The position numbers were made by a program, and so were the translations under genes. DNA of 53,366 bases, filler included, from Sphacelaria rigidula (lineage: Eukaryota), in the NCBI GenBank assembly GCA_964200075.2. It is 3 parts of 3 records of this genome, joined end to end, with 100 filler letters (N's around TTAATTAATTAA, not from the genome) between each part and the next. Parts side by side here need not be neighbours in the genome. Positions count along the whole stretch, not along the records: positions 17,824 to 35,545 come from CAXNAA020001010.1; positions 35,646 to 53,366 come from CAXNAA020001011.1; 1 more part is not named here. One strand, given 5' to 3'. This document shows positions 34,531 through 47,500 of the stretch, in pieces. A model generated the notes under the pieces. It saw only the letters and a program-made list of their open reading frames with translations. It was not told where the DNA came from and did not search any database. Position 1 is the first letter of the stretch, and each line of letters starts with the position of its first letter.

Positions 34531-35545
34531 TCGACAAGCATTCGGCTGATATTAGCCGTGAAGTAGACACAGTTCACACGAGCGGCGGGCCCGACACAAG
34601 GGAGAACCGGCGCAGCGCGCGGCATCAGTGGCAAGCTCTGCTCAAGGCGGAATCGTCGGTGCATATTTCTGGCTGAAAAAGTGATGATATCCAGCGTGGG
34701 GTGGTCTGGATAATGTTCCTCTTCATTGGTGCATCTCGTGCACAATGCAACGCCGATAGGTGGCGACCACGTTCAGGGCACCAGGCCAAAAGGACGTGTG
34801 CCGGCTAGTGCATGATGTATTCCGTCTATGTGAAAAATAATTAGCCCATTTGCTTCAACGAGCAAGTTACACGACAAACTTCAGTGCATGCACGCCTTTT
34901 ACAGCCAATTGCGCCGCCTTCAAAACTGGGAACTTCACATAATTTACAGTATAAAAATGTGTGATGTGCTTGCACCCCTTTTCATGTGTGACTACTGTAC
35001 AGAGCTACTGTCTGTACCGTGCTCTGCAGTGCAATCGTGTACAGTATTCTGTCGCCTGCAGTCCAATACGGCGTGCACTGGGAACACAACACTAGATGCC
35101 CTGTTGATGCCGACACGGTTGAGGGCATGTCGGTTGGCGAGGCGATGTGGCGAAGCCAAACCCACAATGCTGGTAAGGGCGGTTGTGCACTTGTCCTCAT
35201 CTCTCCTGTGCTGTCGCAGGGGCGCAATGGTTTACGAGGATTACGATGACTATGCGGCGTAACTGCAGTTGGTGTATCTTTCGACGGTTGACCGGTGCCA
35301 TATTTGGCTGTTGCACTTCTTTTTTGACTGTGAAGTTCTCGACCCCCGCTGCAGGCACCAAAGTGAAACTTGGTGCACCAGTCGGGCACACCACAGCCCT
35401 TTTCATCCCCCGAGCAAATTAAACAAAGCGAATTCCGATTTGGGGCAATGCCGTGTCTGCATGCCCTCAAAACGGCCATCTCGAGGCCGAGATCCTGTGT
35501 ACCGTGAGTGAATGCATATGTGGACATGGTGGCGCACTCACTTCC

Positions 35546-35645
35546 NNNNNNNNNNNNNNNNNNNNNNNNNNNNNNNNNNNNNNNNNNNNTTAATTAATTA
35601 ANNNNNNNNNNNNNNNNNNNNNNNNNNNNNNNNNNNNNNNNNNNN
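35546..35645. other. Artificial contig-join spacer
   Basis: 44 N + TTAATTAATTAA + 44 N. Confidence 0.95.
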
Positions 35646-35689
35646 CAAAATCACCCAAATTCATCAGGAGACACTTTCTACGATCCCCC

Positions 35690-35875
35690 CCCCCCCCCCG
35701 ACAAAACCAGCCAAAAATGGTCATTGAGAAAAAGGTCATACTGCGCCTGATGTTTGGTCTCAGGCTGCATGAAAGCGCCTCATATGGCCGACATCGGTGA
35801 AAACGAACCCAAGCGTGGGAATTCCTAGCTGCTCGTTGTGCTCGGTTCTTTCCATTTCGATTTACGTGTAGATTT
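35690..35875. repeat. Dispersed repeat, second copy at about 45372-45595
   Basis: Shared gcctgatgtttggt(c/t)tcaggctgcatgaa(a)gcgcct...gaaaacgaacccaagcgt. Confidence 0.75.
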
Positions 35876-36295
35876 CGCCTCCCCAAACCAGCCACTCTTT
35901 TTTTTTTTTTTGGGGGGGGGGGAGGGCTACCGTAAAAAGTGTCAGGGGATAATCCAAGATTGTTCATCACGAATTTCCAGAACCGGTGTCGGCAATATGG
36001 CCAAAGTCGACACCGGCGATACCACCAGCATATGCAGAACATAAACGAGGATTCCGAGGAGTCGATGGTGGTGCGCGGTGCTACTGTAGAGCGGTTCGCA
36101 CGTACGAAAAAATGTCGGAAAAAAAGAGAAAAATAGCAGCCCACACAAATCGAACGGTGTCACAATATATTCGCCATGAATAATAATTGCATGAGAGGGT
36201 CGTAACGTTTCCACGTGCCATGTGGTCATCATCCATTTGGCGACCCGTCACCCACGTCGGCTGCACGTAGCACCCCTCTCCCCCCCCAAACTCTT

Positions 36296-36520
36296 TCGAG
36301 ACGGAGCACCGTTCCTACTCCTAATGCAGACACCTCCAACATTACGGCGCTCATTACATATCTTTCATACGTTACACAAGAACCTCTTACATATCTTATC
36401 CCCGTCCTGTTTCGCCGTCTGTGGCCACCATTTATCTCCTGGTATAGCCATCGTTTTCTCGCTACTATCTAATTCATCAAACCATTTCATGCCACCTTCT
36501 CCTAGTATAGCCATCGATTT
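36296..36520 (-). mobile_element. 5'-truncated LINE 3'-end fragment, same family as 1495-2382
   Basis: cgttcctactcctaat...cccgtcctgtttcgccgtct.tggccaccatttatctcct.gtat shared with 1510-1650. Confidence 0.8.
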
Positions 36521-36882
36521 CTGAAGGAGGGAGGGGAGGGGGGGGGATCATGCTACGGCTACTGCTTGTGTCATGGTTCTTCGTACGTGAGCCACGACTA
36601 TACACATCGGTCATGACGGGTCGAAAGCACCATGACCGTTAATCGTACAATAATCCTTCATGAAGCCATGCATGTGAGAGAGTAGTGTCACAAGTGATAC
36701 GGAGTGGCATAACAAAAACGAAACGCATTAAGCAGAAAAACATAGCAGTGTACGAGCTGGGTCGGTCTAAAGGCTTACATTTCCATAGCGCACAATATCT
36801 TTTTCGTTTTCCTGAATTAACCTGATGAATATATATACCGCTGTGAAGTGCAGACAAACTCCCTGATGCATGATCTACCATG

Positions 36883-36960
36883 AAAAAAAGGCGTATGTCG
36901 GGGTTCGACCCCATCACCTTCCGCTGTTGTGGAAGTCTCTCATCAGCTAGACGACGGGAT
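36883..36960 (-). mobile_element. tRNA-derived SINE head or decayed Pol III element
   Basis: Minus strand: gtcgtctagctgatg (A-box-like), ggggtcgaacccc (T-arm/B-box-like hairpin), then T7. No intact cloverleaf. Confidence 0.35.
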
Positions 36961-37557
36961 GCGACTGTGTCATAAAAAAAAAGTGAAATGCACAGCCCAA
37001 TATGGGGACTTCAGAGCTGAAATCTTTCACGTGCACTCTACACGTCAATACACGAAAACGTACTACCTTGGCCGCCATACACATCTGCTGATTTGTGGCA
37101 TTTTACAGCTTCGGAAGAGTCTTAAACCGGCTCCAACTTGCTATACATATTTTTTGTTGGCTAAGGCAACAATACGTTATTGCGTCTCGACGATATGAAT
37201 CTTGTGTTAAAAGAGGGTTGTGCAAAGCTGGTCGATCGCCAAAAAAATGCCTGAAGCTGGTCCAGCACCCACGTACCTGGCATCCAGCTCAACCATGCCA
37301 AAGGTCTGCTGCACGCTTGAAGACATGGGTGAAAAAGTGCTCTGAAGTTTTGTCGAAAAAGCTCTCGCTATTGTACTCCTGACCGTCCAAGCCCCATCAA
37401 CGTGGCATCTATCGACAAGCGACGCCGACATTAGACCATCCTCCAGAGACTAACGGGACCGTCAACAGACGCAAGAAGGATCTAACTTCAAGCACTCCTC
37501 GGGCTCCAACCAAATGTAAAACGACAATAGCCCCCTCCGCCCCGACGGTCAACTTAC

Positions 37558-40500
37558 CTCCCCCAGCAAACTCTTTAGCCCCTCATCTGTCGTGGCGGGT
37601 GCCGCTGCCGCAACCACAATCGTAGGAGCACCCGCCACCGCCTGCTCCATACCACCCCATCCCCCTGACAGTCCCTGCGCGGCGACCGTCACCCCTGGGT
37701 CCGACGACAAAAATACCGCTCCAACCAAGGCCGCCAGAAAAGGGTTGGCAGACGGCTTGATTTCGTCGCTGTCGTCATCGTTGTTTCCATTGGCAGTCAC
37801 CGACATGCGGCATAACGAGCGGGCGGCGGAGTTGCCCCGCGCCTCAGTGGGGAGGGCGGTGGCGGCGGGATTCCTGCTACTGTGGTGGGTCGTACGCGGG
37901 AGGAGGCCTTGTGGGAAGGGAAAGGAAAGCAACAGGAGGGAGAGACGGCCGGATTGACGGGGCAGGACACAATTGCGATACGGTCAGAGAGTCACGAAAT
38001 TCGGATTCGGGTGTGACTTGCAGACTTGCAGTAGTTTCTCGGAAGGAGGGCAATGGCGGGGGTGTACTCACGATTATTCGTGCCGAACCCATCGGACCGT
38101 TGTCCTCAGTATTCCTACAAAGCCGGGACGGAGCACTTCGGGTTTTCGCCGTAACAGGCCCGCAATCACCAAGCGCGGAGGGGAGGCATGTAGGGGGGAT
38201 GCGTGGGGAACAGCATTTCTTATTCGGGGGACGAGCACGGCCGTGGCTTGAGCGGGGGGGGGGGGGGGTTGGCCGTCCCGTAGGTCTGTGTGAATTTTGT
38301 ACGTGCTGGAGTATTACTCGTTTTCATGCGTGCCATCATCAAGCGCTTGGGTGTCCGTACTGAGCAAGAAAAATGTATTGATAACTAAAATAGGATACTG
38401 CATCCCTCATAACACTAACCTTAACCCCAACTCCAACCCCAACCGAAGGCGTGCCAAGAGCCCTCAGGCAAGGGAGATACATGGAGTGTAGTTGGCAGTG
38501 GTTGCGTCGGTAGGGCTCAAATCGGCGCCGTATCGGCGCCGATTTACGCAAAAAATGCCTCCCGCGCACGCTGAAGGGCGCGTGGGATTGTAGCCCCCCA
38601 AATCCCAATGTGTTCGACACTAAAACCAAGTATTCATTCAACCGCGAAATTCGTTCACCAGTTCGCGTAAACTCTTACAGGATGAATGAGAGTTGGCGGC
38701 AAGTCAGAAGCGAGCTGAGGGTGGGGATAGCGACAGCAAATCAGACGTAGTATGATCATCCTCTCTGCGCGGAATTGAGGTTCTCCCACCCCGCACAATA
38801 TGATGTAGCTCGACCATCATGGTTACCGCAAAAAAAAGACTCAGCAACCAGCTGCCTAGCTTACGCAGTGAGTGGCGTGTTTTACAGCGTCGTTGCCAAC
38901 CAATGCCAACCCCATTGGGAGATGAGGGAGGGGGGGAGAACTGGGAGACTCAATATCCCTTGTGAAAATAACAGGATGTGACGACCTTTCGATAGAATGA
39001 AATATCATACTCGTTGGAGTAAATGCGAGGGTCGCTGGATTGTGCGCCCAACAGCTTGCCGGGGCAATTGGCGGATGCCTTAGAAATAAAAATTGAGACC
39101 GTGCCGAGTATCAGCAGCAAAAATCACCCATGGGGTGAGATCTCCCTTGCGTGCTCTCAGTCTGATGTGCTTGCATGTTGGCATGGATGCTGCCGTGGGC
39201 CGACATGCTATCCATTTCGCATGGGTGTTTTTTAACTCGGGAGGACTGGAGTATACCACTGCGGGGCAAATGTAGAAATTAGGGGATGCACGTGTTTCCT
39301 CACTGACATTTTAACTTGTAGGGGAAGCACTTCTCGTATGTAATCGAGTCGACAACTCGACGTGCATAAGACCATGTCTCACTGAGACCAAAAAAGCGGG
39401 AAAATGAAGACGCTTGTTGGTTGGTCGTTGCAACCGTAGACTCGCCCTGCGATCAACATACGTGCTGCTTTTTGGTGCTTGTTCCTTTGCCCGCTTTTTT
39501 TTGGTCTCGATAAGACACGGCTTTAAGGGACAACATTGTGCTTCCTATGAGACGACATGCGCTTCCTGTGTGTTCCGTCTCTCCACTTTCGTTTCTTCTA
39601 ACTGACACCACGGAACACATGAAAAAGCTGCTGTCAGAACGCTGTAAGCTGTTACCATCCGGAGCACCTATTGTCAAACCAATATGTACCTATACATGCA
39701 AGGTGCAAGGATTCATGATAAATATTAACATCCTGTGCTATACCGCACACCGTGAAAGGGTGCCTCGTTGCTGTTTGCCTGCATCGTACAGCCTGAACTG
39801 GTGTCGGTTGTTAGATCTTTGTACTGCACAGCTTTTGCCGTCAGTCGTGTGGTGTATCGTCACACACCGAGGGTCGGTATCCGACAGACGATACGTTGAC
39901 GTTGCAGCGACTCACCGCAGCCAGTTTTCACGTGTGGGCCTTGAGGAAAGGAGGCGCGAGATCCGGCGTAATTTTCACTGTGTACTTTGGCAACTGTACG
40001 CTGCGATATTTACTGATCGTGCACGAATCGGAGAAACTCGCGTTGTAGCGTACTGACGGTGAGTAGCATGCTACCATTGAAACGGCATGGATACGAAGCG
40101 GCGCCTATCATGACGGCACCACCCGAAATGAACAGGAGGGAAAATATGTGTCTGTCTGATTACACGAATAAATCCAGTCTTCTGTGACGCTGATCCTGCT
40201 GACTGTACATGTGTCACAGCAGAAAACGAGCACACAAGCAGTGCAGGGAAGTGAACTAAAAAAGCAAGGAGTGGTAGATTCAAAAACACGGATTTTAGAG
40301 AGAAGACCATGAATGGAACTTCATGAATCGTAACCTAATGAACCATACCTCGCACCGTCAACATTAGCGCTTGCAAGCCTAAATCCATTTACACGCGATT
40401 GCAGCATGCCTTTGACTGCCATCATTGCAACAAAATCCCGGTACAGTATAACAAATATTGTGTGTAGATTATCAGTACATCAGTATATCAGTCAGTGATA

Positions 40501-40740
40501 AAACGGAAGAACTGACCGCTGCAAACCCCAACTCCACAAGACTGAAAGTTAGGACATATACACATATCGAAGGGCGACAAATGATCTCCAGCTGCTCATT
40601 TCTCCATCTGGAATTACAACCGCGTGCCACTCACCAGAGAAGGAAGCCAAGGACCTAGGCTGTACAAAGGCACAAACTCCTGCATCGCCAGTCAGAGCCC
40701 ACACTGCACCAAATACTCCAAAGCACGTGGTCGCCTTCAT
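37558..40740 (-). CDS. Gene D (3'-truncated): nucleus-encoded plastid-targeted protein, probably thylakoid or lumenal; exons 40740-40635 and 37907-37558
   Basis: Exon 1 MKATTCFGVFGAVWALTGDAGVCA-FVQPRSLASFS is a signal peptide with an ASAFAP-like motif; donor TCTG|gtgagt, phase 1. Exon 2 acceptor cacaag|GC, phase 1: Ser/Thr/Arg-rich transit peptide, then hydrophobic FLAALVGAVFLSS...VAA; donor GAG|gtaagt. Confidence 0.72.
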
Positions 40741-41584
40741 GCTAAAAACAGAACAGCAGCACACGCACCCGCAGGTCTGATCTTTACAGATACAATACCT
40801 CCAAGGACAAAAGAACGTTGTTATCTCCTCTCGTGCTTATCCTTCCACTCCTTCCTGTTGTAAGATTAGCTCTTGCTGGCAGTCTTGGCCAGCACGGTCT
40901 CAGGTGCTGCCAACAGATAGATCGGACAGAGATGCCTCCGTCGGAAGCGGTGAGATCTGGTTGAACGTTTGGATTTTGCAGTTCTTAACTTTTTGATATA
41001 TAGTCATATCTTATGGATTTCGGGTTGACGTGACGCTTCACCCAAGAAGTTAGGTTAGTCTTCAGCAACTCGAGGCAGAAAACTCGATATTATTAGCAAC
41101 ACATTGCAATACACTGTTACTAGAGAGAGCATTGCGCCACAAAATGATATGTATACAGAATGGACCGTGTTAATCATCTACTGTAAAAATAGGAGAAAGT
41201 TACAAGTCACCCAAGCAAGCAACCAAGTGCTACTTTAGTATTTATCATACAAACATATTCGCCCGTATTTTCTATTTTCTTGGTATTTTTGTCTCACTCT
41301 ATAATAGAGGGCAAGTTAATTCACCAAGAACCGCGAGCTCTGTGGTTAGCTATGCTCGAGCTTTAATTCCTCCGGAGAAAGTCGTGTCGCTTCCTCTCGC
41401 ATCTTGCTGTAACACTTGCGAAAGGTGTTTGACATTGACGATCGTTTCTTCAAATGCGGGTCTGAACATCGACGGTGCGGAGAATAAAGACAAAAATATG
41501 TAAGAAACTTTACTGCAAGCACTTCCATCGGTGTCCTGTGCCGCTCCATCGCCTGTCGTCGAGAGTCCACGCAGAGATAATAAA

Positions 41585-44500
41585 ATGCCACGTGGAAATC
41601 CGTCGTTGTCGGGGGGTCCCCGGCTGGGGAAGCTGCAGGGACTACACAAAAGGCACGGTGATGATTCTGGATCTGAATCTGAAGACGATTGTTGCGGCCC
41701 AAGGCGACGCTCCGCGTCATCCAAGAAGGAGGGAGTCAAGGTGCGGGTTTATGGTGTGTGTTATGCGGCATGTTCCCACAGCTTGTGTAGCACACGTGCT
41801 CTTATGCGGTGTATTTAACAGTGCATTGCAGTAACGTAGATGGTGCTTGAACTATCGAAGATGCGAGTGATACCCACGGCAGGGTTACCTGTGGCTGTTA
41901 TTCATCATCCCTGTCATACTTCATCCTAAACGCAATTCTGTTCATATTGATCTGCGTATCACAGAACCTCTCAACTCTCAACCAGCCAGCGCTCTACCTG
42001 CGTACTACTTTCATGTAGTACAACAGTACATGTGGACAACAGTACAGCCAGTACGGCTGAATGCAGTCAGGCTATGCGCACCGTTGATTTCGACATACCC
42101 TGTGTTCTACGTGGGAGTGTGGGTTACGAGGCTTTATTCTATCGGGTCAGTGTAACGTTGTTTGTTCATAGTACATAGAGTCGTCCCACCTGGAACGAGG
42201 TCAACATGTTTATATTGTAGTCGTGTAGTAGAATCTGAACACTGCCGTACTGTTACACGTTTGGGGGGAATTTTCTACACAGCACTTTGTGAAGCTCCCC
42301 TTGCTCTCGGTGCAATGGTGCTGCAGCGCCGCAGCTGTAGGCACTGGCTCCCTCGGCTAGTGTGATGCTTTTGGCGAGACAAAGGTAGCAACGGTCGGAC
42401 GAATCGTCGCTGCTTCGAATCACCCGAAGTATATTCTCTGAGGCCGTGTCTTATCAACTTGTTTCCGTGTCAAAAACGTGCGGTCGAATCGAACTCGCTC
42501 GTATCTGATTCGTCCACGTTGCGTATTTATTTTCTCAGATGGATGAGAACAGGGATGCCGTCGACCGTCGACCTACCAAGTACGAGCGAATTCGATTCCA
42601 CCGCACATTTTCGAGTCGAAAACAATTTGAGAAGACACGGCCTGAGGCCTGATCGCGCGATAGAGAGAAAACATTTGACAGCTGGTCAGCCAAGTCTTGC
42701 GCGCATTTTTTTCGCTATTGCGCGTAACAACGCGCTGTGCCAGCGTAGAAGTGAATCTGTACGTTGCAGGCGGGTTCTCACCTCAATTTCACGAGTTGCA
42801 ATCAGAAAGTCAGCCATGGAGAATCGGTACGTGGGATTGTTATTATTATATTATTATACCGAAGAAATGCAATGTCCCACCCTGAGTTTTTTCTTCGTAT
42901 GTCATTCGAGGACGAAAAGCAAGACCCAATTTTCACCAAATCGTCCCCACGTACTCGTAGCTCAAAGAAGAAGAAACTCGGTGCGGGAAAAACTTGTTTC
43001 TTGCCCTCAACTCAGGTCGCTCCTTATTTTATCAAATAAGAACAAGAATCCCACGTATAAAAATGCCTTTTTATCCTTCCTCGTCGTTTTACGCCCCAAA
43101 GGAGAGATGAGCGAAGTTGATGCCTTGAAAGGACCCGTTCTACTCCTGGAGACAGTTCCAGAATATGTTTGTGTTTTCCGTTGGCCGCATTTTTTTTCGC
43201 CAAACTTGCAGTTTTATTCAAGAACGGCCAATTCTAGAAGAAAAATGTCATTTTGCTCTGGACGTCTCGGACAAGAATGCTTGTTTGGCCCAAATAAACC
43301 TGCGGCCACCGGAAAACGCAAAAATATCCTGGAACCGTCTCAATGATTAGAGCAAGCCATTCTAAGGTGTCAAACTCCGCCTAGCTTTCTTCTAGAGCGT
43401 AAAGCGACGAAGGATGAGTAATAGAGCTCGGAAATGGTATCAGTTATAACCGGCCATTATCATCAAAATGGTGATGGTGAAATGAAAATTTCGGATAACG
43501 TTTTCAAACCAATAATTACCGTTACCGGTTTGTATAAGCCGTTACCGGCTACGTAGGCTACATACAGCCCTTGAAAATTGGTCCTAATTTCACGTATTTT
43601 TTAGTTCTACTAGAGAAGCCAAATCTCGTAAAAATGTGCCTCCGGCATGGTGCCTCCAGCGGAGCGGGGGGCCCTCTGCCCGGGAGGGCTTTTTAGCTCG
43701 CGGCGGCGCCGCTCGATGACCAAACCATTAGGTACCATTTAAGTGGTTAATGAGTGAGTGCGCTACGCGTAACCTTTCAACTGGTTATGGTTGGACAAAC
43801 CATTTCCGAGCTCTAATAAAAGCTGCATTCTCTCGGTAGTCCTTGTTTGTTTGCCATAAGGAATGGTCGCATGTAGAAAAAAGAGTCAGGGTTGGGAAGT
43901 TACTTTTTTATTTTACCCTACCAATGTTCCGTACCAAACTTTGAATTGCAGCTCTCAAAATTGACCTGAGAATTCCAGATTCACATCCTGGGTCGATCGG
44001 GATTCGGGTCAATATTTTCCATTCACCAGCCTAGTTTTGATGCTGTATGCTTGCAAAATTTTTGTGGAGAGCGAGGGCAAAAGAATAAGTAACAAGATCT
44101 ACGATATACACTTTTTCGTGAATCAGGTCTGTTCTTATGGCAAACTAAACTAAAAATCTGGAAAATTGCCTTGTGGACTTTCTGTGTCGTTTTACGCCCT
44201 CAAATAGAGCTAGGCGAGTTTTGTCACCTTGGGAATGTCTTGCTGTACAGCACTGGTTGCGACGGTTCCTGCACAGCGGTGCGTTTCCCCCGTGGCCGCA
44301 GTTGTCTCTTTCCCAACCTTGGATTTTTCGCGTAAACCGCTCATTACTCTTGGAGATCGGTCAGTCCACACAAATTTCGAGCATTTCCAAGCTGTCAAAA
44401 TCCGACTAGCGTAAAACGACGCAGAAGCTGCGAAAAAGCGCTTTTTTCCCATCTTTTTGTTTGCCACAAGAAGCGGTCTCAAGGACGTTTCAGCATAAGG

Positions 44501-47500
44501 ACCATTTTTTTAAGATGAGGGTGTCCCTAATTCGCGAAAAAAAGCCATAGCCCACGTGGTATTGTTTATCTTACGCCTTTGCGATTCTCCATAACAAACT
44601 CTCGAAATACAGCTCTGAAAATAGGCGTGAGACACTGAGTTGAGGGCCAAAAACAACATACTTTTTCCAGACCAACGTCCTCAACCCCTGCAAAAAAAGG
44701 GAAAACATGAGTTAGAATATATATATATATATATACAGTAGTGGGCGGTCTAACTATTCAGCGGGGTTTCGGGGTTTTCCTCGCGTACTCCTCTTTGATA
44801 GAACTCGAAATTACTAGCGTCGGTAGATTGTGGTACAATACACAGATCATCCTCAAAACATAGTGCCCAAGTCAGTGCTAGTTGGTACTATCGGGCGAAA
44901 CGAGTAAATACCCCGTTCATCAGGAGGGTGTTATGGGCCGTGGAACACAGTTTTTCGGCTCTAGTGCAATGAGTAGGCGGAATTGTAAAAAATGCTTTAC
45001 ATTGTTTCAGAAATATGATCGGGACAGGCTCGATCGACCGAAAATACCGAAGAGTAAGATTCTGAACTGAAACGTGGCAGGACCCCCGATGACCGGTCAG
45101 CCCGCAAGTCACTCAATCTTGAGTACAGATGATTTTTTCTTCTTGGAATGTGGAGCGGATACAAATATCTTCATATCCCCAATGTGATGAGCAGTGGCAA
45201 GCGAAAAGAGCCCAAGCAAATCGCCAAATACGAAGAAATCACAAAATGCCTCAAAACGAATAGTTAGACCGCCCACTACTGTCTATATCTTATTATGCCC
45301 GACCGGTACATACTCGATACCGAATTGCAAACTTGAGATGAGAATCCCAGGCCAGAAGCTTCACACGATAGCCCCCCCCCCCAAAAAAAAAAACAGCCTA
45401 AAATGGTCATACCACGGCAGACCTTGTGTTCCAGGCTGCCGGGCTGCCCTTTTTGTGTCTACTTTCGTGCCTGATGTTTGGTTTCAGGCTGCATGAAGCG
45501 CCTTATGTGGGCGACATGAGCGAAAACGAACCCAAGCGTCGGAAACACCAGCTACTGGTTGTGCCCGGCTTTCTTATTTCATTTCACCCGCAGTATACTA
45601 GGAAGAGGAACTGTTGAGTTAACTCTTGAGCTGTCCGACGCGTGAAAAATTTCAAGGGCAGGTCGAGTAGGGTATACTCAATTACAGGGTATTCCGAAAG
45701 TCATACCTCAAGTACACAAATTGGAGGTAGGGTGTTTGGGGTCGCTTCCCAGTTATTTTTGAGGTACGGGTCCTCACACCCTATGTAATGCCGGTAAAAT
45801 CTCCGGGCACAGTCAGAGCTCGCAGTAGTGCCGCCCGGCTCTACTGACAGGTGACCCTCAGTAGTGCCAGTTTGAACGGTTTTGTACCCTCAACAGTGCC
45901 GGTTCCGGACACACTCACGCACACCTTACCCCCCACCAACCAAGCACCAGTAGGGGTACAGCAGGCTACGTGCTGGTGCAAACCTTGCAACTTAGGGACA
46001 CAGCATGCCTTGTGCGGAAGGTGAAGTGTGCCTGGTGCAGGCCACGGCGCCGGAAGACCGTCATGGCTACGGTAGCCGGTAGGAAGTGAAAGGGGTGTGG
46101 TTCATGTTTCTCGCTCACCCCTTTTGGTGGGCGGGGTACTCTTTCGTGAGTTTTTTCCACACCAGATGCCGCACCTTCATAGTTGCGTTGGGTGAAGATG
46201 TGTCCTTGTTTTTCTTGTCGGGAAGGTTTTTCGGCATGAGCAACTTTTGTGGCCGTACTGCCGCTGTTGTGCTAGTAGGGAAGGAAATGATCAACCTGTG
46301 ATTGGGATCAATCAAGTTGAATGTGAAGAACAAAAAAACATCGGGTTTAGTTCTGCTACCCCGAAACCTTACGTGACGTATCCTATCGAAACCCCTTGAA
46401 ACAAAGGTCCTCCTCCGTTTTGTGCTTCCGTTGGTCCCACGAAGGGCAAGCGTAGCACTGTACGAACGGACGGTCATCAGTAGTGCTAGAACCGGCACTA
46501 CTGACGTATTCAGAGCCCTCAATTGCACCTGTTTTGGCACTTTCCAGAGTAGTGCCGGTGTCCGTGGTGGGAACATACCGGCACTACTGAGAGCCCCCCA
46601 CTGTACTTGGAGTACGACTTTCAAAATACCCCGCAGTTATGTATACTCTACTCGACCTGCCCTTGGAAAATTTGTCAAGTTTGTACTCGTAGAGCGAAGG
46701 GGCGCATGCCCCTTCATTAGACGATCGATGATATGTGCGGATCACGGCCCAGTTCATCTGCGTCGATGAGATGCGACTGTTAGAGCTTACATTCGTTTCA
46801 AAGGCTGGCCAAGCTTGTCCCTGAGTTGCAACCCTGAGAGCGAACCGCAAGGACTGATTCGTACGATGCAAATCAAATACACTAGAGGCAAGTCATGTTC
46901 AGACGGGTTGAATAATTATCCGTCCGACCCCCGAAAGGTGAAGTCGACACGTCAGTACAGTGGGCCTCCACAGTGTTCCCACGAGTCCTGATTTCATACG
47001 TACTGTACCGTAACAAAAACGAGACAATTCGACCTGGCAAGTGGTCCTTTTTTTTTTCTCTAGAATTTTGGGTTTCATGAGCGCAACACACAGCCATGAA
47101 CTCCGGTGAAACCAGAAAAGTCGTCGTCAAAGTCGTCGTTTCCAGCCTCGTTGCCCGAAACTAGAAACACTTATGAGCACCTTAGCTACAGAATTTCATT
47201 TCTTGTTTTCCCCTCACTTCTAACCCTTCCCCTTCCTCGGGACAAGCCCCCCGTGGTTTGAAGAGATGACATAAACCCATCTGTCTCTCCCCGAGTACGG
47301 TATATGCCTCACCTTTTTGGTATCGCGAATTGGATCATGACGTAACACTTCCGCACCGCGTCGACCGTCGTCTGTTGAAAGAAAAATCAGCACCCAAGCA
47401 GGCTTTTTTCCAATTGATATCAATTACACTCACGTACGTCCTCACGATTTCATCCAGAGAAATCAGAGAAAATTGAGGGGAAAAGCCTCCTTATTAAAGA

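Noticed and set aside
36883-36960. Functional tRNA gene
   Set aside because: Only T-arm and A-box-like remnants; no acceptor or anticodon stems. Kept as a low-confidence SINE head.
42459-43346. 295-aa plus-strand ORF
   Set aside because: Non-ATG start, no recognisable motifs, composition unlike the real exons, and located in a repeat-rich intron
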